A program made the translations under genes and the position numbers. Shown here piece by piece: positions 24,412-31,966 of a DNA stretch of 34,296 nucleotides. Position 1 is the stretch's first letter. Every line of letters begins with the position of its first letter. The stretch comes from Nanobdellota archaeon. Lineage in GTDB: Archaea; Nanobdellota; Nanobdellia; Pacearchaeales; GW2011-AR1. The stretch is taken from the NCBI GenBank assembly GCA_018901625.1, contig JAHIEM010000078.1:1-34296 (forward strand), given 5' to 3'. The notes under the pieces were generated by a model that saw only the letters and a list, made by a program, of their open reading frames with translations, was not told the origin of the DNA and made no database searches.

Positions 24412-25221
24412 ATGAATCTTAAAAGAGGAATCGGCATAGTTTTAATCTTAATTTCAGGAGCAATAGGCTGGACAAATACAATTACTGGGGGAGTGATAGG
24501 AGTAAGCTCAAGCCCGGGTCTGAATATTCTGACAGTTTTAATCTTCATTGCCGGGATGATTCTAGTTCTGACTGAAAACTTAGAAGGGAGACTGCACTCA
24601 ATGATGACTTCTAAACAAAGAGAGAAATATGGGCAATTGTCAGAAGGCGAAAGAGAAGCATACCAAAAAAGCCTGAGAAGATATCAAGAAAGAAATATGA
24701 AAAGATTTGACAAATCTTACTATTCAAAGAGGGTCAAGGAGCTGCTTTCTCATGAAGGAGATGCTTGGATTGCTCTAGGAGAAGTTCCGGGAGTAGTTAA
24801 AGAATTGAATAAAAGAGGGTATATCGCTGAACACAGAGTAAACGAAGCAACACTCCACCTTTCAACAGGGGTATACAAAAGAAAAGAGGATGATTATGAG
24901 AATGGAAATGCAAATGTTCCTTACAGAAGGATACTTCACATAGAAATATCTGGAAGAGGCAAGAAAAAGGGGATAACAAAACACTTGCTCGTAAGCCGAG
25001 ATCCTTCAGATGAGAGAATAATAAATCAGGCAGGAATTGATGATTCTGGAGAGAGAATAAAAAGAATTCCATCAAAAGTTTATTCAATTGATGAACTAGG
25101 AAGTCCAGTCTATCCCGAGATAGGAATTCCGAAAACAGTTATTCTAGAAAAAGAATATGAAGAAGGAAGAAAGTCAGCTGCAAAGAAAAGATCTCGGAGA
25201 CAATACGCCAATCAAGTCTAG
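24412..25221 (+). CDS. Membrane-anchored hypothetical protein (269 aa)
   Basis: Two N-terminal TM segments, then a charged soluble region with a K/R-rich tail. Its 3' end overlaps the convergent rtcB-like gene by 48 nt. Confidence 0.5.
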   Translation: MNLKRGIGIVLILISGAIGWTNTITGGVIGVSSSPGLNILTVLIFIAGMILVLTENLEGRLHSMMTSKQREKYGQLSEGEREAYQKSLRRYQERNMKRFDKSYYSKRVKELLSHEGDAWIALGEVPGVVKELNKRGYIAEHRVNEATLHLSTGVYKRKEDDYENGNANVPYRRILHIEISGRGKKKGITKHLLVSRDPSDERIINQAGIDDSGERIKRIPSKVYSIDELGSPVYPEIGIPKTVILEKEYEEGRKSAAKKRSRRQYANQV

Positions 25222-26115
25222 ATATTGCCTGATAGCCGGATAAACTTCTTCAATTTTTCTATAGCAGTCTGGATGCTCAGATTGGATGTTTTTATCTCTA
25301 ATAAAACTCGGAATGAAAACTCTCTTTCTTAAATCAGTAAAATCAAAATCTCTGCTCTTAGCAGAGCTTCTTGAAATCTTTCTTCCAGTACCGTGGCACA
25401 TAGAATTCTCTAATTCAACAATCTGTGGTTTAGCTCTAACAATTAAAGCATCTCCGCCCATTGAAGAAGGAATCACAGTTATCTCACCAGGCAGTAATTT
25501 AATTGCGCCTTTTCTATAAGTTACTTGTTCATCATCTAATTCTACAGTATTATGAGGATGATTAGAAACAATCTCCATTCTGTTCTTAGCCATGCTCTGA
25601 ATAAGATCTAGAATATTTTTCCTGTTTTGTAACCCAAAACCAATAAGTCTATCATAAACCCCCATAAATCTCCCTCCAGAAACACCATGCGCATAAACCT
25701 GTCTTCCTAATTCCCCACTCCCGCTATGAACCAGAACAAGGTTATCCTCCGCTTGAAGACCTACCTCGCTATCTTCAGCAATCTTTACAGCTTCATAAAA
25801 AGTAATAAAATGATTCCCTCCACCAAGACTTCTAAGCTCAGAACTAGAAGATTTTAGTCTAGAAGCAGCATTATGAGTCAAATACTCTAAGCCTTCCAAA
25901 GGCCTTTCAAACTTAGCAAGTGTCATCCCACATCCAATATCCGGCCCAAGATAATCTGCCTGGACTTCATGACTCATTCTATCATAAACACCAACAACCC
26001 CCACAGGCAACCCTTCTCTTCCAGGCGAGTAATCAGGCAAGACTATCATTTTCAGTAATCCTTCTTTGCTTCCCCCAAATCTAAGCGGCTTGTCTGATAA
26101 ATTCATAAATTCCAT
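25174..26115 (-). CDS. rtcB: Miniature RtcB-family RNA ligase (about 313 aa)
   Basis: Ordered RtcB motifs: GPDIGCGM, LGGGNHFITF, VHSGSGELGRQV, HPHNTVE, YRKGA...VIPSSMGG, MCHGTGRKISR. The first ATG is at 26115; the track start at 26145 is a TTG. Confidence 0.8.
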   Translation of the reverse strand: MEFMNLSDKPLRFGGSKEGLLKMIVLPDYSPGREGLPVGVVGVYDRMSHEVQADYLGPDIGCGMTLAKFERPLEGLEYLTHNAASRLKSSSSELRSLGGGNHFITFYEAVKIAEDSEVGLQAEDNLVLVHSGSGELGRQVYAHGVSGGRFMGVYDRLIGFGLQNRKNILDLIQSMAKNRMEIVSNHPHNTVELDDEQVTYRKGAIKLLPGEITVIPSSMGGDALIVRAKPQIVELENSMCHGTGRKISRSSAKSRDFDFTDLRKRVFIPSFIRDKNIQSEHPDCYRKIEEVYPAIRQYLDLIGVLSPRSFLCS

Positions 26116-26116
26116 T

Positions 26117-26602
26117 TTATCTTGCTCCCCCCGACAGCTCTTCAAGCTGTTTTAAAAGTTGTGAAATCACTCCGCAAGTTGCTCCATTCTTAGGCACAGT
26201 GAATCTTCCTCTCCCGCCAAGTTTAATAACAAGTTCGTCAGGCTCAATCATTATAAAAATATTATGACTAGATTTTTGTTCAATTGCTAACTCAAGACAG
26301 CATTCAGTTACCGGAACTCTAGAACATACAAATAAATCTAACTGAGAAACATAACTCTTGCTATTAATAACTCTCTGGAACAATTCAGGAGACTGCAAAA
26401 CACCAACACCAGCAAAAAACCCGTATCTAACTAAAGAAGTTGGAGCAAAAGGAAATTGTATTGTTCTTTCATACAACGGGCTTGTTTCATCAATTCTCCT
26501 GTTAGTCTGCAGCACTTTTCTAGCAGGAACCCTATATCCCCAGTTATCAGCCCAGCTGACAATCTGCGCTTCTTCAGGTGTCATTATCTCGTTTTGGCTC
26601 AT
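26117..26602 (-). CDS. Hypothetical protein (161 aa) in the RtcB operon
   Basis: ATGA overlap with the upstream gene; its stop lies 1 nt before the rtcB ATG. No motif recognised and it is not archease-like. Confidence 0.55.
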   Translation of the reverse strand: MSQNEIMTPEEAQIVSWADNWGYRVPARKVLQTNRRIDETSPLYERTIQFPFAPTSLVRYGFFAGVGVLQSPELFQRVINSKSYVSQLDLFVCSRVPVTECCLELAIEQKSSHNIFIMIEPDELVIKLGGRGRFTVPKNGATCGVISQLLKQLEELSGGAR

Positions 26603-27765
26603 TTTCCCACCTCAGCAAGTTCGGCTGGTTTTTCTTGTTTCTCAACTTTAAAACCCTTAACATATTTCACTTCTCTATTAAACTCTCTTTTAAAGTCATC
26701 AAAAGCAGGCAAGTTACCACCATGCCCCGCAATAAAATCATACAACTCCCTAACAGCTGTTGCAAGAGATAAACTTGCTCCAGAATATCCTGAATTATCA
26801 ACAGCTTCCTGCCTCTTGTTTCTGTAATTGACTGCTAAAACTTGAGCGTAATCCCTAACAAACTCTTCAAGTTCTGCTTCTGGAATCTGAGATGCTATTT
26901 TTTTATAGGAGTCTAGCTCTTCTTTAGGAATGTCTCCTCTGCCCCCCGAGCATAATTGAATAGGATGCCACTCGAAGAATTCTCCATTTACAAGAAAGTC
27001 AATTCCACCCTTTTTGATTCCCCTGTCTCTAATTTGGCAACTAATCCCATCTCTAGCAACATAATTGGGAACATATTTTTCTAGCAATAGGGCAACAGCC
27101 CCTTCTTGCTGTGAAAATGCATAAAATCTACTCTCCACATAATAAGAATTTAGTTTAGTCTTCTCCATTTTCTTCAATCCGCCTACTAGTCCTCCTCTGC
27201 GAGCATTGTATCTCTTATTTGGATTATTAAATAGCGTTCTAGATATTTTTAGTTTAGTTTCTTCTGAAAGATGTTTTCCATCCCAGGGAGATTTGCCAAT
27301 CATGCCATGTCTTATCGCTTTTCTATGCTCTTCTGAAAGAAATCTTCCATAATTAGGATGATTATGCCCTGATAATGCTTCAGATATCTTTCTTCTAGTT
27401 TCATCTGAAAGAACTTTTCCTTTCAAAGCCTTGCTAAGAGCTACCCTATGCTGCTGCGAGAGACTCTTTCCAGTTCTAGATTCAGAATTATTCCTTCTTG
27501 GAATTTTCATTTTTCTCATCAAGTATCTAACACTCCCTGCTTCAACACCTATATCTTCTGCTAACTCGGCAATATTTTTTCCATTAAACTGATGTTCATA
27601 AAGTAAATAAGCAGAAAAACTAGGTGCTACCCCCTTATCAATAATACTTTTTTCAAATTCCAAGTATTTTCCATACTGTGTCTTTCTACGTCCCTCGCTT
27701 GCAACTTCCTGCAAACTCCGAATATCTAAATCCTGAATATCCATTATATCAGTTAATTGTGTCAT
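26599..27765 (-). CDS. HTH + 4x NUMOD3 repeat + C-terminal nuclease-like domain protein
   Basis: HTH-like NGKNIAELAEDIGVEAGSVRYLMRKM. NUMOD3-type repeats GKSLSQQHRVALSKALKGK, LSDETRRKISEALSG, LSEEHRKAIRHGMIGK, GKHLSEETKLKISRTL. C-terminal GGIDFLVNGEFFEWHP resembles a PD-(D/E)xK / DUF559-type core. Confidence 0.6.
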   Translation of the reverse strand: MTQLTDIMDIQDLDIRSLQEVASEGRRKTQYGKYLEFEKSIIDKGVAPSFSAYLLYEHQFNGKNIAELAEDIGVEAGSVRYLMRKMKIPRRNNSESRTGKSLSQQHRVALSKALKGKVLSDETRRKISEALSGHNHPNYGRFLSEEHRKAIRHGMIGKSPWDGKHLSEETKLKISRTLFNNPNKRYNARRGGLVGGLKKMEKTKLNSYYVESRFYAFSQQEGAVALLLEKYVPNYVARDGISCQIRDRGIKKGGIDFLVNGEFFEWHPIQLCSGGRGDIPKEELDSYKKIASQIPEAELEEFVRDYAQVLAVNYRNKRQEAVDNSGYSGASLSLATAVRELYDFIAGHGGNLPAFDDFKREFNREVKYVKGFKVEKQEKPAELAEVGK

Positions 27766-27899
27766 TTTCTCTCATTCATAAATTTATTTAGCGCAAACTC
27801 AATCACATGGCTTTTGTTTCTAAACTGCCCGTTCTCCACATATTCATCAAGCCGAGATACAGCTTCCTCATCAATGCTTATGCTGATTTTCTTCTTCAT
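27762..27899 (-). CDS. Ribbon-helix-helix (CopG-like) protein (45 aa), not in the ORF track
   Basis: Hand translation: MKKKISISIDEEAVSRLDEYVENGQFRNKSHVIEFALNKFMNERK. Classic RHH strand-helix-helix pattern. ATGA overlaps with both neighbouring genes. Confidence 0.65.
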   Translation of the reverse strand: MKKKISISIDEEAVSRLDEYVENGQFRNKSHVIEFALNKFMNERK

Positions 27900-28342
27900 C
27901 TTTTGTCCCGATCCCCCATTACTCTCTGAAACCATCCCCTCACAAATACAGAAACATTTTTTTCTGACATTAAATCTCTAAATGAATATATCCCCTTGCT
28001 AACACAGGCAGGTCTCCATTCAGAAAGATATCTTCCTAAAAAACCATCAAGAGTGCATATGCCCTCATCCCAGCCATCCTTGTACAATGCCCCGTCAGAA
28101 CATTTAGAAATATCCTCATCTGTCTCCAGAACTCGCGCCTGAACACTATCTTTGCCTCTTAAAAATAAAACTGCGGCTCTATTGTGTCCGTCTGCAATTA
28201 AATAATTAGAACCAGAAGGAACTGCTATCAAAGGCGCATTCTTTTTTTCATCCCAAAAAGTATACAAATCTTGCACCCTTCTCCATCTAAGAGAAGACTC
28301 AATCGGTAATATTCTCTCTAGAAGTATTATTTTAGTTTTCAT
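27896..28342 (-). CDS. ParB/sulfiredoxin-like N-terminal domain protein (about 148 aa)
   Basis: ILPIE...PLIAVPSGSNYLIADGHNRAAVLFLRG resembles the ParB-like nuclease-domain core (DGHHR box). The first ATG is at 28342; the track start at 28357 is a TTG. Confidence 0.5.
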   Translation of the reverse strand: MKTKIILLERILPIESSLRWRRVQDLYTFWDEKKNAPLIAVPSGSNYLIADGHNRAAVLFLRGKDSVQARVLETDEDISKCSDGALYKDGWDEGICTLDGFLGRYLSEWRPACVSKGIYSFRDLMSEKNVSVFVRGWFQRVMGDRDKR

Positions 28343-28365
28343 AGCATAAGGTAGCAAAAAGTAGG

Positions 28366-28376
28366 ATATTTAAAGC
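28366..28376 (-). promoter_or_regulatory. TATA-like box for the ParB-RHH-NUMOD3-X-RtcB operon
   Basis: The minus strand reads ctttaaatat about 25-34 nt upstream of the ATG at 28342, a typical archaeal TATA-to-start distance for short leaders. Confidence 0.35.
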
Positions 28377-28950
28377 TTTCTAATTAGTGTTATTTAAAAG
28401 TGACAACAGATACTCAATCGTAAGCTAATCCTCGTGATCTAACAGCAAAGAAACATCTTCCTCGTCATCTTCATCACTAGAAACAGCGCACTTCTTCCTT
28501 CCAACTTCACATCCCAAAAATAATTCATCTATGTCAGTCATCTTGAGCTTACCTCATAAGCGAGAGAGACAGAGAATTTGATTCTCTGTATGTTAAAGCC
28601 GGATATTAATACAAGTCACAGGAATATATAAACCTTCTGAAACCAGATTAACACAAAATATTTCTCGCAAACAGTAAAATATTTAAACCCCTATTTACTA
28701 TTTTAGTTATGGGACATAGATAACTATTAGCCAGGAAGTATATCCCGGGCTTCGGCTCCTAGCTAGTGTTCATAGTTTCCCTTGATGTCAAGAACTATCT
28801 TCTATATATGGTTCTTGAGCACTATCAGAAGTCTGAATATCAATGAAGATTTCTGGAGTTCTTAACTAGTTATATCAATTATCAATAGATTTATAATTCC
28901 GATTTCACTAAGTTTTGAAAAGAGGGCAAAACTAACTGCATCTATGTCCT

Positions 28951-30762
28951 ATGACAATTAAAACAGAAATCAACATGGCAAGAAAGAAGAAAGAAGATAT
29001 AGACTTCAAGTTTGACTTGAAAATATACTGGAGTCTATTAAGAAAGTACATATGGCTCTTCATAGCAGTGCTTATCCTAGTCTTGCTAATGGAATCAGCA
29101 TCTGTAGCTGAGAAATTCATGTTCAAGATGCTAATTGATAAAGGAACAGATCTTGAAGCAGGAAGCATTATCCTAAACACATTCCTTAACTTTATGATTG
29201 TTCTTGGAGCAGTCTTCATCTTAGTATTCATCTCAAGAGCGCTTATGCAGTGGCTGCATATCCATATGATTAACAGGCTAGACGGGCATCTTATTCAAGA
29301 CCTAAAAACAAAATTCTTCAATCATTTAGTAAGTTTGTCTCACTCATTCCACGTATCACATAAAACAGGAAGCATGATTTCCAGGCTATCAAGAGGCGGA
29401 AGAGCAATAGAAAGAATGACAGACACAATGATATTCAGCTTTGCTCCTTTAATATTCCAGATAATAATAGCAAGCATCTCTCTCGCATTCATAGACTGGG
29501 TCTCAGCGCTGGTTATTTTCATAACAATTATCGTTTTCCTAGTCTATAACTACATCAGCCAGCAGATTCAGAGACCGAGCAGTGTAACAGCAAATGATGC
29601 AGAAGACACCGAAAAAGCAAACATAGGAGACATTTTCACAAATGTAGACTCCATAAAGTATTTTGGAAAAGAACAGATGATTAAAGGAAGATTCCAAAAA
29701 CTGACAGAAAACACTAGAAGAAGGTATCTAAAAAACTGGGACTACTTCAGATGGGCTGATTCTGGGCAGAGAATAATCTTAGGATTAGGAACACTATTCT
29801 TGCTGTTCTTCTCCATAACAAAGTTCATGGCAGGAGGAATGACTTTAGGAAGCTTAGTATTTATCTACACAATCTTCCTGAATCTCATGGGTCCGCTATA
29901 CTCATTTACTCATGGAATGCGCGAGTTATTCAGAGTTATGGCTGATTTTGAATCTTTATTTCAGTACGCAAAAATAGAGCAGGATATTAAAGATAAAGAA
30001 AATGCTGCAGCAGTTAGAATAGAAAAAGGAGAAGTTGATTTTAATTGCGTAAACTTCAACTATGGAGCAAGAAAGATATTCCAGAATCTGAATCTTAAAA
30101 TAAAGAAAAATGAGAAAATAGCCCTGGTAGGGCATTCAGGCTCAGGAAAAACAACCCTAGTCAAACTGCTGTACAGAATGTATGATGTTAATTCTGGCGC
30201 AATCCTAGTTGACGGGCAGGATATCAGAAACATAAAACAAGAATCACTAAGAAGCGAGATGTCAGTAGTTCCGCAAGAATGTATTCTATTTGACGCAACT
30301 GTCTATGACAACATAGCATTCTCAAATCCAAGAGCATCTAGGGAAGAAGTGCTAAAAGCAATAAGATTCGCCCAGCTAGACAAGATTATTGAGAAATTTC
30401 CTAACAAAGAGAACACAATTGTTGGAGAGAGGGGAATAAAATTATCTGGAGGAGAAAAACAAAGAGTAAGTATAGCCCGAGCTATCTTAGCGAATAAGAA
30501 GATACTTGTGTTAGATGAAGCAACATCTGCGCTAGACTCAGAAACAGAGCACGAAATCCAGCAGGATTTAAGAAAACTGATGGAAGGGAGAACCAGCATA
30601 ATCATAGCTCATAGGCTATCAACAATTATGCACGCAGACAGGATAATAGTTATGAAAGATGGAAAAATAATCCAGGAAGGCAAGCACTGCCAGCTGATAA
30701 ACAAGCCAGGCGAGTACAGAAAGCTCTGGAACCTGCAAAGAGGGGGGTATTTGAAAGAATGA
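28951..30762 (+). CDS. ABC transporter, fused permease/ATPase (MsbA/MdlB-like exporter)
   Basis: Six-TM N-terminal half. Walker A GHSGSGKTT, signature LSGGEKQR, Walker B ILVLDEATS, H-loop IIIAHR. Confidence 0.85.
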   Translation: MTIKTEINMARKKKEDIDFKFDLKIYWSLLRKYIWLFIAVLILVLLMESASVAEKFMFKMLIDKGTDLEAGSIILNTFLNFMIVLGAVFILVFISRALMQWLHIHMINRLDGHLIQDLKTKFFNHLVSLSHSFHVSHKTGSMISRLSRGGRAIERMTDTMIFSFAPLIFQIIIASISLAFIDWVSALVIFITIIVFLVYNYISQQIQRPSSVTANDAEDTEKANIGDIFTNVDSIKYFGKEQMIKGRFQKLTENTRRRYLKNWDYFRWADSGQRIILGLGTLFLLFFSITKFMAGGMTLGSLVFIYTIFLNLMGPLYSFTHGMRELFRVMADFESLFQYAKIEQDIKDKENAAAVRIEKGEVDFNCVNFNYGARKIFQNLNLKIKKNEKIALVGHSGSGKTTLVKLLYRMYDVNSGAILVDGQDIRNIKQESLRSEMSVVPQECILFDATVYDNIAFSNPRASREEVLKAIRFAQLDKIIEKFPNKENTIVGERGIKLSGGEKQRVSIARAILANKKILVLDEATSALDSETEHEIQQDLRKLMEGRTSIIIAHRLSTIMHADRIIVMKDGKIIQEGKHCQLINKPGEYRKLWNLQRGGYLKE

Positions 30763-31193
30763 AAATAAGAAAAGCAACACGGAAAGATGCAAAGATAATT
30801 CAAGAACTATTAAACAGCGATCCTAATCTAAGAGGAAGCGAGGCAGATAAAGCTGCAAAAGAAGATATTAAACAGTTTCTTACAGATAATATTCATAGAG
30901 TCTATGTGTATGAAGAGGACAAGAAGATTGCAGCAGTTATGGTGGCACAATTCTTCAAAACTGCCAAGTTCATTTATCTTTTTTACATAGCAGTTGATAA
31001 AAATTACCAAAGAAAAGGAATTGCAACAAAGCTTTTTAATCACCTTGAAGGAATTGCTAGAAAAGAAGGATATTACCTAATTGAATTGCTTGCAAAAGAA
31101 GAGAATAGTAAAATGAGTCAGTTTATGAAAAAAATAAAATATTCAAGAGGAGGAAAATACAGATTTTATTATAAGTTATTAAAATGGAAGTAA
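30759..31193 (+). CDS. GNAT-family N-acetyltransferase
   Basis: Acetyl-CoA motif A VDKNYQRKGIATKLFNHLEGIARKEG. ATGA overlap with the ABC gene. Confidence 0.7.
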   Translation: MKIRKATRKDAKIIQELLNSDPNLRGSEADKAAKEDIKQFLTDNIHRVYVYEEDKKIAAVMVAQFFKTAKFIYLFYIAVDKNYQRKGIATKLFNHLEGIARKEGYYLIELLAKEENSKMSQFMKKIKYSRGGKYRFYYKLLKWK

Positions 31194-31861
31194 AAAAAAT
31201 CTCACAAAAACAACTCTATGAAATCTGGGCAAGAACCTATGATTCAGAGAGAAATCTTACAATGTTTCTTGAAGAACAAATAACAAAAGAACTATTCAGC
31301 TTCAAGAACAAAGAAATTCTAGATTTAGGATGCGGGACAGGAAGATACTCTATTCCCCTAGCCAGAAAAAATAGTCTAACTGCAGTTGATTTCAGCAGTG
31401 CCATGCTCAATAAAGCAATAGAAAAAGCAGGAAATGAGAATCTCAAGATAGAATTTATCAACTCAGATGTAATTAAATTCAAACCAAGAAAAAAGTACGA
31501 CATAATTCTCTCTATGCTTGTCCACGACCATGTAAAAAACCTCAAAAAACCTCTGAAAGTTATTGAAAAAGCCAGCAAAATAGGAACAGAAGTCTTTATC
31601 TCTAATGTTCACCCAAGATTCACCTATATTTCAAAAGTTAAGGGGAATAAAGCCCAGCTAATTCAAGGATACATAACTGACGAATACCACCATCCGCTAT
31701 CAGAATATCTTCAGATTATGCGTAAATCAGGTTTCGAATTAATAGATTGTAAGGAAATAATCTTAGAAGAAATATGCGCAAAGAACATGCATTTTGAAAA
31801 TATAGATCAATTAAAAAATGAATTTCTTGGAATTCTCTACAGATTCAGGAAGATGAGATGA
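31184..31861 (+). CDS. Class I SAM-dependent methyltransferase
   Basis: Motif I ILDLGCGTGRYS, a post-I acidic residue (VDFS), and motif II-like DIILSMLV. Overlaps the GNAT gene by 10 nt. Confidence 0.7.
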   Translation: MEVKKISQKQLYEIWARTYDSERNLTMFLEEQITKELFSFKNKEILDLGCGTGRYSIPLARKNSLTAVDFSSAMLNKAIEKAGNENLKIEFINSDVIKFKPRKKYDIILSMLVHDHVKNLKKPLKVIEKASKIGTEVFISNVHPRFTYISKVKGNKAQLIQGYITDEYHHPLSEYLQIMRKSGFELIDCKEIILEEICAKNMHFENIDQLKNEFLGILYRFRKMR

Positions 31862-31966
31862 AACTAAAAAATTCTTAGAATATGAGTGGAAGACTTACAA
31901 AACTCTAGCAAGAAGCTAACAAAAAGATAAGAAAACATTTATTAATCAAACTTATCTAGCAAAGAC

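Noticed and set aside
27757-27981. 74-aa plus-strand ORF
   Set aside because: It is antisense to the RHH gene and the 3' end of the ParB-like gene. Both fit an ATGA-overlapped operon and have recognisable folds.
28780-28850. Possible archaeal C/D box sRNA (TGATGT ... CTGA)
   Set aside because: The C box is non-canonical (GAUGUC rather than RUGAUGA). No convincing C'/D' pair or terminal stem was found on either strand.
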